A stretch of 64,000 bases of DNA from Octopus sinensis (lineage: Eukaryota). The stretch covers positions 44,888,001-44,952,000 of the forward strand of contig NC_043006.1 of NCBI RefSeq assembly GCF_006345805.1. Direction: 5' to 3'. Numbering within the stretch: position 1 is the first letter of the stretch; each line of letters starts with the position of its first letter. Shown one piece after another: positions 27,237-39,435 of the stretch. Below the pieces are notes generated by a model. It did no database searches, was not told the origin of the DNA, and worked only from the letters and a program-made list of their open reading frames with translations. The translations under genes and the position numbers were made by a program.

Positions 27237-28970
27237 CTGAAAGGATAATGAAAAGAAAAAAAAAGTTAAGCGTTATCATAGATTCCAATGAAAAAGGAAA
27301 TAAGGAAATGCCGTATTTGATATCATGAAAGACACACACCAATTTCAGCTGTGAATTTCGGGTAAAGGTTTTAGTGCATTGAAGTACCAACCTCAAATAT
27401 AGGACATCGGATGACATTTTAAGATTTTCTTTTTGGTAAAATAGTACATCATATATATAATCAAATACGGTACTAAATAGATTCCATGTAACTGTATTGA
27501 TTTTTTTTTTCTCTTGGCATAAAATTGTATTGTTTTTAGAGGATACTAATATAGTTGACTAAATCGATCTTATATTAACTATAGCAAACACATAATGAAA
27601 TATCTACCATCTTCATATTTAAAAATATGTGCATATGGATTAGACTGTCACCATTTTCAGTCAAATCAACAAGAGAACTGAATAATACATACCAACAAAA
27701 CATTCGTCTGATTTCCAGTATTGCCACTACCTACTGTGGTAAGCTATATCAACTTGTATTATCTGTTTAAAACTACGTGAACTGAAGCTTTGAATGCTAA
27801 GTATCTTGACTGTGGAGAGAGTACAAAACGAATGACAAAATACCAATCGCTGGTCATTCAGTATGTTGTCTAGTAATTTACTCACTCTTTTGTAACTCTC
27901 AATGTGTTATTACTATTGTTTCATTAGCCCGTCTGCGTTGAACAGAAATTGGCCAGGTAAGATTATACGAGGATGCTAGAAGGAATAAAATACCGGAATG
28001 ATAGACAATGAACAAGTAGACTAATTGTAGGAAACGACTAGGATATATTTGTGCGCTTCAACAGAAGCAAAACGAAACGTCTTTTTGTTTCATATGAAAT
28101 ATATGTTCCCTACTCATTAATTTTATTACATTAATAGTAGTGTCGTATTTGTAGCGCATTTGTTATGATACGGTTAGTTCCGAAATCAGCCTTCTGCGTT
28201 TATGAAAAATTTCTCATTCTCGAGTTATTCCAGGTTGAACTGGTTAGCCAGCCCACATTGTGATACACACAGACAGGAAGGTGCATTAGGCTACTGAGTG
28301 TTCAGTATTTCCCAAGACAACTTATTGCTGGTGATAGCAAGCTTCACTGTCTTGATCCGTTTCCACTTCTCTAAAATAAACAGGTTGTACATCTGTAAAG
28401 ATTTGTTGAAGAGTCATGAGGTCACCGTATCTCACTGACAACGATTTTTTACGATCACTTAAAGTCCTGAGATTGAATACTCTTTTTATGCCAAAGTTAG
28501 TAATGACATTTGCTTGAGAAGCTAGTTTACTAAAAAAACTTTTTAAAACCATACCTAGTTTGAAGTAAATCTAATTTCCAAAATTTGAGTGGTCCATTTA
28601 ATTTTCGAATATTCATCTACAGTCAGTAAGAAAATTTTTAACTAGTGAATAAAATCCGAATTTAGTGTCATGCCAGACATAGATTATTATTAGAAAATTA
28701 TTGTTTAACTTAACAATCTCAGTCTACAATCAAGAACATGAAAATGTTTCTCATCATTTAGTTTCAAATATTTAACGATCCAGATTATTTACAAATAAGT
28801 CAGAGACTGGACACCTAATTTCAAGTATCACTATATCCTATAACTAAAATTATTTTTTAGGGTGTGGAAAAAAATCAGAGTTTTAATAACATAATATATC
28901 TGAAGAAATTGTAAAATAATTTACATTATTATTTATCTTTACGTTATGCGAAGTATAATGTTATATATAC

Positions 28971-29045
28971 CTCAAATCTTTTCACAAATTTAGTCCGTCG
29001 AATCTCGCTATGTTCCCACTCAGGTGATATACAGAGGGCGAGTTT
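28971..29045 (-). CDS. SLC6 penultimate exon (75 nt): KLALCISPEWEHSEIRRTKFVKRFE
   Basis: Acceptor ttttttatcttcag|, donor GAG|gtatat; resembles DAT [24 protein letters not shown] and NET RLAYGITPENEHHL. Confidence 0.9.
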
Positions 29046-30555
29046 CTGAAGATAAAAAATATAAAAATGATTAATTCATTGCCACAAGTTCACACATTAT
29101 TCAGAAGTTTATTAGTTCATTGAATATATCACAAGGTTTTCTGTTAACTTATTGTATTAGTCAAGGAGGAAAAATAAAGTAGGATTTGAATTCAGAAAGT
29201 ACAGGATAAAATTATATATCTTATTTAAACAACAAGAGTGACGGGCGATATGTACACTTTACAAAACCATATTCAACTACACATACTAATAACTAAGTTT
29301 ACTATTAAGTCCACCTTACTAACAAAATTTAATTCTCAGGATAAAGTACAGGATAAAATTATATATTTTGAGTATATTTAATCTGGTGTTCTATCTTTTT
29401 GTAAACCCACTATCATAATAGTTGGTTCAGGAAGCGTCCACTTGATTTAATCAACTCAGGCACTCGTCAAGAAAACAGTCGGAAAAAAATGAAGGACAAA
29501 GTCGACGCTGGTGAATTTCGAACTCAAAACGTAAGAACACGAAACTGGATATTGCCACTCTATCCTTTCTGTCATCTGATGCCCTGATAATAATAATCTT
29601 ATATATAATCACAATGCTAGAAAATTGTGAAGGGTTAGTCGATTAAACCAACAGCAGTACTTCACTGATACTTTATTTTATCGACTCCAGAAGGATAGAA
29701 GGCAAAGTTGACATTAAGCTCAGAAACTGATTAAAACGTACAGAACCGGATGAAATACCACAAGGTACTTCGTTCGGCACTCTAACCACCTTACAAGAAT
29801 CAACCCCAGTACTAAATTGGCACATTATCATCTCAAAAAGGATGCAAAACACCATCGACCTCTGTGGTGTTTGAATTCAAGGAACTGAAAGCCTAAACGA
29901 GTAATTTTAAAGCCGTCAATCAAACGCTCTAGCGATTCTGATAATTTGACAGTTTAAATATCCTAACATTATTGTTGAGCATGCGTCAGCATCATTATGG
30001 GAACAGTTACATGTGTACGATAATCAGAGACATACTTGTCCAGGCAAACAAATTAAAACAAGCTGTTCAAGTCTTAGAAGTCAAAAACATAAAAGCCTGT
30101 CAAATCATACAATTTTATATGAAGTCCAAAAATAGCTCCGCAGCACTCAAAATCTATACACATTTAGTTTTATAGTACAATGCACATAACAGACCCCAGG
30201 CACAATCTTTTCACAGAACAATGACACAACAAAACAGAACTTATTCTGTATAACACATTAACCTCCTCTCCTATCCCACCTCCAAAATATAATATTTGGT
30301 CGCTGCAAATCTTTCTCGGTGCATTACTAATCTCAGTTTATTAATCCCGACACATTGTAACATAAAATCGACCATAAGATTTATAGGTGAGGTGAAGAGG
30401 GATTGAAATAAATAAACACAACGAAGGTCGTGAAAGTGTGTAGGCCAATGAAGTAGAAATCAGGATATGGTAGAAATCAGGATATGCTGTCCTCTTGTGA
30501 ACAGAACGAAACACTATTTTCTCCATGACATGATTTGAACATCAAATTAGATGTA

Positions 30556-30624
30556 CAGTGACCCTAGCTACTTCGTGGTTCAACTATCGCGGATTCACGA
30601 CTTCGCGGAATTTTAATATATATA

Positions 30625-30691
<67 letters not shown>

Positions 30692-31370
30692 TGAACACCT
30701 AAAATTTTTCATTAAATCCAAAGAAGAAGATGGAACGCAGCAAGAAACAGAAGTTGTCGACCAAACTGGCTTGACTTTGGAACGGCTGGCCAAGCTCTGC
30801 AACCTGGCTAAAGAATTGAAAGAGGGATCTCAGGAATGGGACGACGATATGGTTCGTTCTGTGCAATTTTGCAACAAGGTCGACCAAATCATGAATCCCT
30901 ACAAGATGCTCTTTGAACAGAAAAAGAAGCAGCGGCAGCAACTTCCTATCACAATGTTTTTGCAGCCTCGCAAAAAAGAGTCAGTTCCTGCTGCTACTAC
31001 CTACGGCTGCATCTTCGGAAGAAGTGGTAGAGGTGTCCCAGGAAAGGGCACCGCCGTCAGCTTCATCATCATCATTTCTAATGCGTGTCAAATTCATTAC
31101 CATCATCATTCAAATTTTACTTCAACTTCTTTCGTGCTGAGTACAGCAACAATCTTCATTTTTAAAAAATATAAAGTGTTATTGCTTAACAGTTGTCCTT
31201 GTTATTAATAGACTATTGTAATGGGTGGGTTGTTAACAGTACAGGGAGGGTTTTAAAAGTCCAAATACACGTTAAATAAATAATGTAAATATGGTGTCCC
31301 TACTTCGCGGAAATTCAGTTATCGCGGCCAGTCTCGGAATCAATCTACCGCGATAAACTAGGGATCACTG
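30556..31370 (+). mobile_element. pogo/Tigger-like DNA transposon deletion derivative
   Basis: TA-CAGTGACCCTAG ... CTAGGGATCACTG-TA terminal inverted repeats; internal peptide ending KKKQRQQLPITMFLQ resembles a Tigger C-terminus; interrupted by (TA)n. Confidence 0.8.
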
Positions 31371-32327
31371 TAATATATCCTTTCTACTATAAACGCAAGG
31401 CCCGAAATTTTGTGGGAGAGGACTAGTCGGTTTCTTTGAACCCTCGATTTCGGCGCACTTTGAACTGAGAAGGTAAAGATGGGCGAATAGCTGCTAAGAA
31501 GTTTACCCGGCGTGCTAAAGGTTCTGCCAGCTCACCGCCTTGGTTAGGTGTGATAAATAAATACTTTTCCAATGATGAATCTTGTAACAAATACTACTGA
31601 ACATACATATCAGTTGCATCTCATTAAAAAAGTAACATTGCAGACAATATGCTTATCAATAAAATAGCATCAACATTAATAACATTCACATACTTTGTAA
31701 AACTATATTATGTTCGTTTTCACTGGGAGAGGTATGAGATAGATACAGGATGATATACACCATCTTTAAAACTGAGAAGGTGAAAGGACAAGCTCAAATA
31801 GTACGAGACACGGCTGCCCATAAACTGGTCACACTCGAAAGTCGAGTATCACTGTCACTACATCTACTCTTGACTCGTAACTACTTTCGCGATGCAATAT
31901 ACGCAGGAAGTTAGGTTCGACGTATCGTTCGATATGAAGTCACCAAGAAATCACAAAAAATCTTTTGCACAAGACAAGTTTTGTACTATAGTAGATACTG
32001 AGAAGAAAGACATAGCCCTGCAGTATATAATTAAGACCTACACTTTCTGAGTTCAAATTCTGCTAAGGTTGATAATATATAAATTGTGAGCAAGGACACA
32101 GTATTTCCCTTTGCAACCATAATATATTACCAAGTATATGAAAGGCTTGCAAGTCAATATTGCGTCATATTTTTTTGTTAGCAGTGCAAAGTTCTCACCT
32201 TTACGTTTGTCTCTATAGATTTTCTATAGAATTCAGAGCCAGCATCACAAGTTATGTTTCTTATACAAAGCATTGCAACTTGCAGTGCTGAATTCTTTAG
32301 AAAACCTATAGAGATAAACTTAAAAGT

Positions 32328-32417
<90 letters not shown>

Positions 32418-32425
32418 ATATATAT

Positions 32426-32461
<36 letters not shown>

Positions 32462-32463
<2 letters not shown>

Positions 32464-32560
32464 CATATTAGATGGAAGCCACTATGTAGACACCCTTATG
32501 CTAAAAATAGATCCACTCTAATATAAGGGTGTCCACATAGTGGTTTCCCTCTAATATGTA
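32462..32560. mobile_element. 99-bp hairpin/MITE-like element with 38-bp inverted arms next to (TA)n
   Basis: tacatattagatggaagccactatgtagacacccttat versus its reverse complement, 3 mismatches. Confidence 0.8.
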
Positions 32561-32664
32561 TATAATACAATTTTACTGAAGCTTCAGTTTTTTTTATATG
32601 CTAGACCACTGGTGTGAAATCGATGTTAATTAAATTAATATTTAATTTCTTACCCTCATTTTAA

Positions 32665-32722
<58 letters not shown>

Positions 32723-33890
32723 ATCCAAAGTACCAGTTAAATACATGCAGCGTAGCTGAGAAGTTTGTTTTTTGAAATTACATGATTTCAAGTCAAACCG
32801 TTTTGCATGACGTTAAGGAAAGTTTTCTTCCTATCATAGCATACTTTCATTATCATCATCATTTAACATCTATTGTCCATGCTGGCATGAGTAGCGGAAA
32901 ATCCAGCTGCTACACATGCGCCAATGAAAATCATTTTACATATTTCTGTCCAGAGGGTTTGAAAGGGGGAAATCCACAGTAACAAACCACAGAAGCTGTT
33001 GCTCCTAAGGAGGCTTCGGTCGCCACTCTGGAAACTTTGAAGTGAACCGCTTTGTCTTGATTTTCAGGAACCAGCCAAGAAATTATCCCTCCTCTCCTCC
33101 CCAGTCACATTCGGTTGTTGACGCACTGGTAAGAAGTTTTACCAGTTTCTGAGGGCGATGCGAGTTTTTCGACGATTCTCAGAGTTTCAGCCAGTGGTGC
33201 TGTTGAAACAGGAACATTCGGAGCCTGTTGATAACGATGGTACTGTCTGCCTCTCAGTCTGTCTGTCTGTCTGTCTGTCTCTCTCTAGTTTTTCTGGGAA
33301 ACAAACTCTCGACTTGCTTTTACTGTTACACATATAGAATTACCTTTGCTTTCGTACCCCCTACGAAGCAAAGCTCCAGAAAAGTTCAGTCTAAAGCCAT
33401 TAGAACTTGTATGTCTATACTGAACTTTCAAGACTACATATATATTTTTTTTGTCATCTCTTCAGTTACTGTCACCCAGAATGGAATACAATGGTGACAA
33501 TGAGCTCAGTAAAAATTTAATTAAAACAAGTAAAAAAAAAAAATGTGGAGGCACATGGCCTAGTGGTTAGAGCAGCGGACTCACGGTCGAGGGATCGCGG
33601 ATTCGAATCTCAAACCGGACGATGTGTGTGTTTATGATCGAAACACCTAAACTCCACGCGGCTCCGGCAGAAGGTAATGGCGAACTTCTGCTGACTCTTT
33701 CGTCACAGCGTTCTCTCATTCTTTCCTCCTGCATCTTGCGACGGACCGGCGTCCCGTCTAGGTGGGGAACCTATATGCCAAGGAAACCGGGAAACCGGCC
33801 CTATGAACCAGGCGTGGCTCGAGAAGGAACAATCAAAACAACAAGTAAAAAACAAAGAAAAATACCATAAGAAATAGAAATGATACTCAC

Positions 33891-34070
33891 CTCTTTAAAT
33901 GTCCCTTCATATTTGGTCATTTGATAAATTGCCATAGCTGGGATGAATGCCATCGATGCTCCTGCGATTAGCCAACCGATAACATTAGCATGGAGAGGGT
34001 AGATGTAATGGTATTGGGAGCTTATATATTCCAACGGTTCGTAGGTTACCACACTCGATATGACAATGAT
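33891..34070 (-). CDS. SLC6 exon (180 nt), EL6-TM12: IIVISSVVTYEPLEYISSQYHYIYPLHANVIGWLIAGASMAFIPAMAIYQMTKYEGTFKE
   Basis: Acceptor cttttaacag|, donor GAG|gtgagt, phase 0-0. Confidence 0.94.
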
Positions 34071-35689
34071 CTGTTAAAAGATAAAATAATACATACATGT
34101 TTATACACACTCATACACATACACATATGCGCACACAAACGCGCGTCGCGTATTCTAGGGTGCTTGCAGAGCTTGTTTTTTGGGGTTTGGCAATGCTTGA
34201 TGAAGTACTTAAGTTTAAAAAGTGAAAATGGGCCAGAAACAGTAGAGAAAAGTCGTCAATGGTTTATACTCCATAGTGAACGAGGGGCTTAAGTAAGTGC
34301 GTTGTATGTATGTGTATGTGTATATGTGTGTGTATGTATGTGTGTATGTGTATATGTGCATTTATGTATGTATGTATGTATGTATGTATGTATGTATGTA
34401 TGTATGTATACCAGAGTTAGGAGGATACCTTGTAGTATTAATGTCAAGTAAATTACCTCCCTTTTATGTCTATGCCCCGTTTGCATTATCGTATTTTACC
34501 AGAACGATGAAGTAAATAGCAAGTTAAAAGTATTGTTGTCAAATGCAATCGCCCCACCATGGCAGCAGCACAGTGACCGAAACCAGTAACACAAGAACAG
34601 AAGGAAAATAATTAAAGTTGAGGGCTTTTAACTATACTAAACATTCCTGAGATAAATGGACAGTACTTGTAAGAACTGAAATATGTCTATGGAAACAATA
34701 ACTTAGGAATATTATGAACTTGATTTCGTATTATTTCTATTGTCAAGTTATGATTTTTTGAGCACTATCAAAACGCCCGTAGATATTTACGTTTTATATT
34801 TGTAAATCTAAAAGTTCAAACGATAAATACTAAACAGAATAATAATGCTGATACAAAACTTATTCGGTTTTTACTTTGTTTTATTCAGACTCTATAAATA
34901 TAAACTATATTCCATATATAAAGAAACCAATGTTCTCACGACGCGTGACTTGCAAAAGTGTGAATATGAGTATACAAATATGTTGTGGATCTGCAAATTT
35001 TATGCGACTACGCAAGAATGATCAAAGTAACTTTTTAGATTTTATCGTTTGTTCGAGTTTTTCAAGTTGTATATATATAGAAGCTGTATTATATCAACAA
35101 TTAAATCTGCAACAATTATGAAAAAAAAAAAACAACTTAGTGATACTGCATGTGCATAGAAGCACAGAAAATGAGGTATGAATTGAAGCTAAAAATAGTA
35201 CTACCCGAGGAATATGCAAAGAAAACAGTAACAATAAAAGAAACAATATTTTATGTATGTCAAGGCTGCAAGTTGGCAGAAATGTTAGCACGCCGAGTGA
35301 AATGTTTAGCCGTATTTCGTCTTTCTTTACGTTCTGAGTTCAAATTCCGCTGTGGTCGACTTTGCCTTTCATCCTTTCGGGATCGATAAATTAAGTACCA
35401 GTTGCGTACTGAGGTCGAACTAATCGACTGGCCCCTTCCCCAAAATTTCGGGCCTTATACCTAGAGTAGATAAGAATATTTTATTTATGTCCAAACGCTA
35501 AACCACGGGAGGACTTCGGGTTTAAGCAGTATTCTAACTTGAGATTAGTCAATAAAGTATTCTGGTAGACCAGATATAGTGCGTCCATCCTCAAATGGAT
35601 TAAGGAGAAAATATCAACGCCGGATTGAAGGACGAGAAAGTTGATGACGCTGCATGCGGCGCTACACTCTAAAGCGAACATAAACAGAC

Positions 35690-36729
35690 TGTATATGAAG
35701 AGAAAGAATGGTGAATGAGGACTAATTGGTATAGATCATTGTATAAGGAGTGAAATGAGAACGCTTGCCGAGTATTTGATAAATAGTGATGAAGACCTGC
35801 TGCAATATGCTGTGAAAGATATGGGTGTAAATGCAGATGAAATGATGGACAAGGAAGAGTTTAACGAAAGAGCTGAGGAGAAGAGAAAAGAAGACCTTCT
35901 TGAAATGAGAATGGATGGACAGTTTGAAAGGAATACACAGGACGTTACGGATAATACAGCATCGTGGGTATGACTTGAGCGAGGTGATTTGAAGCGTACT
36001 ACAGAAAGCTCGATCATTGCTGCCCGAGACCAGGCTCTCGCTACCAATTCAGTGAAGTATAACATCTATAAAACTTCTGGCACCCAGAAATGCAGAATCT
36101 GTGGAAGGAGTGTGGAAATGTGACCACTTGGATGTGAGAGCTTTGCAAAAAAAGAATACAAACACCGCCACGATAAAGTATGGGTGTATCTTCATTGGCT
36201 CTTATGCTGTAAATACCCATGTGAAGTAACAGAGAAGTGTATGAGCATGTACCATGTAAAGTTAAGCAGGAGGATGGAAAAGTGACGATTCTCTGAGACT
36301 AAGATTTTCAGACGGATCGTGTAATCGAAAACTGTAGGCCGGATATTGTCATATTGAATAAGAAAAACAAATACTGTCAGATCATTGCTGTAGCCAGACC
36401 AAATGACATGGATGTTGTTAGTAAAGAGGTTGAAAAAATCACCAAGTACTCCGAATTGAAAGTGGAAATGGCAAGACTGCATGGAATGCGAAAGGGTAAT
36501 GTAAAAGTGATACCAATGGTGATCGGAGCGTTGGGCTCAATTCCATTGAAACTTCAAGACTTCTTAAAGCAACTGGAAATCCCATGCAAGATTGATGTCT
36601 TGCAAAAAGTAACCTTATTGGGCACAGCGCACACCCTAAGGAAAATATTTTCTGTCTGAAGTCCTTGTTGTGACTTGACAGATAACTAAAGACTCCTGTG
36701 CATTTCTACCTACACTGTGTTACAAATGA

Positions 36730-36730
<1 letters not shown>
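35690..36730 (+). mobile_element. Degenerate R4/Dong-like LINE 3' part (post-RT region, CCHC knuckle, RLE) with (GAT)n(AAT)n tail
   Basis: KCRICG...YKHRHDKV, RPDIVILNKK, EKITKYSELKVE, LGTAHTLRKIFSV*; several stops and frameshifts. Confidence 0.85.
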
Positions 36731-36822
<92 letters not shown>

Positions 36823-37346
36823 GCAGCAGCAACACCAACAATGCGATAAAGGAACGCAAAGAAAAGACCGATTTCTATGAGTATGAGCAAGCATAGAAAT
36901 ATTAACTACAATCCAGCTAAAAGGAAGCTTTATATGAAAGTAAAACATACCAGTGCTTAAACATTTAGATATAGCTAAAACTAACCCTACTGAGGTACCG
37001 CCCACATCCCACGTAATACTTATTTTCACAACTCAGGTGGAATATTTTTCTATAACTAATGTAACACATGCTCTATACAATCTTCAAACAATAATACCTA
37101 TCGTTATGATACAATCCGCACCCAACGAAAAACTTCTACACAATTGCTATATACCCATAATACAACATAACTCGCACATCACGTACTTATATATATATAT
37201 ATATTACACAACATAATCTGTACAACAAAACACCAAAATAACTCCAGAAACAGAAAAACAAACCGGTCGACAATGCACAACAATGTTAAACATATTGAAA
37301 CCCCAATTCTACTCATGTGAAATAAAAATTATCATGAAACTATTGG

Positions 37347-37397
<51 letters not shown>

Positions 37398-37947
37398 TGG
37401 AAGCAATGCCAACATTATGGAATAACAACAGAAAAAAGATGGTATAGGCACACACCAGAAAAGGTCACAGAAAACGAGAAGGCAACCATACTCTGGGATA
37501 TGCCGATACACACAGATAGAGAAATTAAGGCCAACAGACCAGATATAGTTGTCAGAGATCATGAAGAAAAAAAATGCTTTCTAATTGATGTATCAATACC
37601 AGCGGATGACAACGTGTCTCTAAAAGAAATGGAGAAACTCTCAAAATATAAAGACCTGGAAATAGAGGTAACCAGAATGTGGAATCTAAAAACAGAAACA
37701 ATTCCTATCATAGTAGGTGCATTAGGCATGATAAAAAAATATTCAGACAAATACATAACAAAAACACCAGGACTTACAAACACATATAACATACAGAAAA
37801 TTGCACTACTAGGCACTGCACACATCCTACGCAGAACACTTTCCATACAATAACCATCAGAGCATCACAACAAATCACAGCACATATCCAAAGCACACAG
37901 AGCTGTGCTCGGTAGTGAAGTGAAAGCACGCTATAAAAATAAAACTA

Positions 37948-37950
<3 letters not shown>
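37398..37950 (+). mobile_element. 5'-truncated R4/Dong-like element (same family as 25518-26024) within (TAA)n
   Basis: Uninterrupted RLE ORF 37500..37853 (RPDIVVRDHEEKKCFLIDVSIP...EKLSKYKDL); (AAT)n on both flanks. Confidence 0.9.
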
Positions 37951-38002
<52 letters not shown>

Positions 38003-38018
38003 TAATAATAATAATAAA

Positions 38019-38575
38019 TGCCCTGATGCAGTATCAGACAGTGGCTCTTATGCCTCCTGATCTTAACAGATTGGATGTGTTATCATGTACATTGTTTTGT
38101 CTTGATATAAAAGATGGGCTACAGCAAATATTCTGCTGAATAGCACAGATTTGCTTGTCAGTTGTTTGACCGTAACCAGTTGAGCATGTCCCTTAGTGGC
38201 TGACGATATGTGCATTTCTGATCACGAGCAGAAGTAGTGGGGGAGCATCATAGCCACGTGTTGAAAAGAATTCTTGTGAAGTTTGAATAATTCACCTCTG
38301 GAAACATGGGTGTTTATTTCAACATCCTTAAACAACCCTTATTCAGGGACGTTTTGAGCGGGATGGGCTACTCGACCGGAAGAAAATTCTAACTGGGCAC
38401 CACCTGCAAGGTCATGCGCTGTTTATCTTGATATGAGATCACCATGTCGCGCACATATGGTTGTGATGCATGTGCCTGGTGTACCCTTATCAGACGGGTA
38501 GTCATGATGGGTGTACTGGGCTTCGTATATTTTACCCCAGTGTCACTTTGATGGCATGCACTGCTCTCTCACTCA
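38019..38575 (+). mobile_element. ~560-bp non-coding interspersed repeat flanked by (AAT)n on both sides
   Basis: Ends gctctctcactc(aat)n; the same 3' end appears alone at about 26828-26850(-). Confidence 0.55.
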
Positions 38576-38611
38576 ATAACAATAATAATAATAATAATAA
38601 TAATAATGATG

Positions 38612-38667
<56 letters not shown>

Positions 38668-39213
38668 TTTTGGCATAAGAGTAGCTCGGGGGAGGTGGGG
38701 ATGAATCTATTACATCGCAATAGATTAGCTAACTTAAGAAGACTTTCTCAAAATATAAAACAGGCAGAGAAATAGAACACTTAAAAGAAAGAGGAAATGA
38801 TAAATACAGAAAACGAACGAAGTATAAACGCAACAAAGACGCAAACAACCATGATCCATACAGTAAATGCAAAACCAAGGAAAAGTAGGAGGATAAAAAA
38901 AAAGATTTGATAATAGAACATTCTAAATGTGAAAATTATGAAAATGATTATAGTCTTTACATGAAAATAAACAGCTAAAATCGATATAATGTATTGCTAC
39001 GGGCGTAAGAAATACCCTTCAGACACACACCGAAGGATAACGTTTATTTATAAAATACACCAACAGTAGAAAACCCAGGTCAAACCATAGTAAAACTAAT
39101 AGCAACAAACACAAACTAAAACAGACCAAATATTTTGTTGTGTTCGGAGGGTCATTTTGTATTAAACATACGCACTAGTTCTATTTCACTTCTCTTATTA
39201 TTAATAATGAAAC

Positions 39214-39435
39214 AGTTAGTCATTTAACCATTTAACTAATCGATTGCTTGGTTTATTACTCGCTCAGTCAATCAAACAATCAGCTAGGTTCGTCGGTATT
39301 CTTTCGAAGGAAAGCTGAAGCATAGGGACATGTTATTGATGAGGTCGTGAATGGTGACGAAAGACTGATGAACCTAGTTGATTGACCGAACAATTAATCA
39401 TATAATCGATAAGTTAATTGGTTAAATGATTAACT
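39214..39435. mobile_element. Degenerate foldback element, ~90-bp inverted arms
   Basis: agttagtcatttaaccatttaactaatcgat and aatcagctaggttcgtcggt have reverse-complement counterparts at 39365-39435. Confidence 0.7.

Noticed and set aside
28322-28552. 76-aa minus-strand ORF as the SLC6 C-terminus
   Set aside because: No similarity; the 75-nt and 24-nt exons fit the family far better.
30558-31208. 216-aa ORF as a host gene
   Set aside because: It lies within Tigger-like TIRs and reads through a (TA)n tract; a transposase remnant.
32199-32305. 107-nt exon-like segment (tctatag| ... AAG|gtgaga) between the last large SLC6 exon and the 75-nt exon
   Set aside because: It has an immediate stop in the required phase and no SLC6 similarity, and the flanking exons already join in frame. 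At most a poison exon, unsupported without RNA data.
32940-33420. GC-richer stretch with short open frames
   Set aside because: Interrupted by stops and a (CTGT)n tract, with no motif I can recognise; probably old repeat debris.
33548-33620. tRNA-like sequence (also 21835-21900, 58205-58275 and others)
   Set aside because: The acceptor stem does not pair and the sequence continues into a shared SINE body; these are SINE heads, not tRNA genes.
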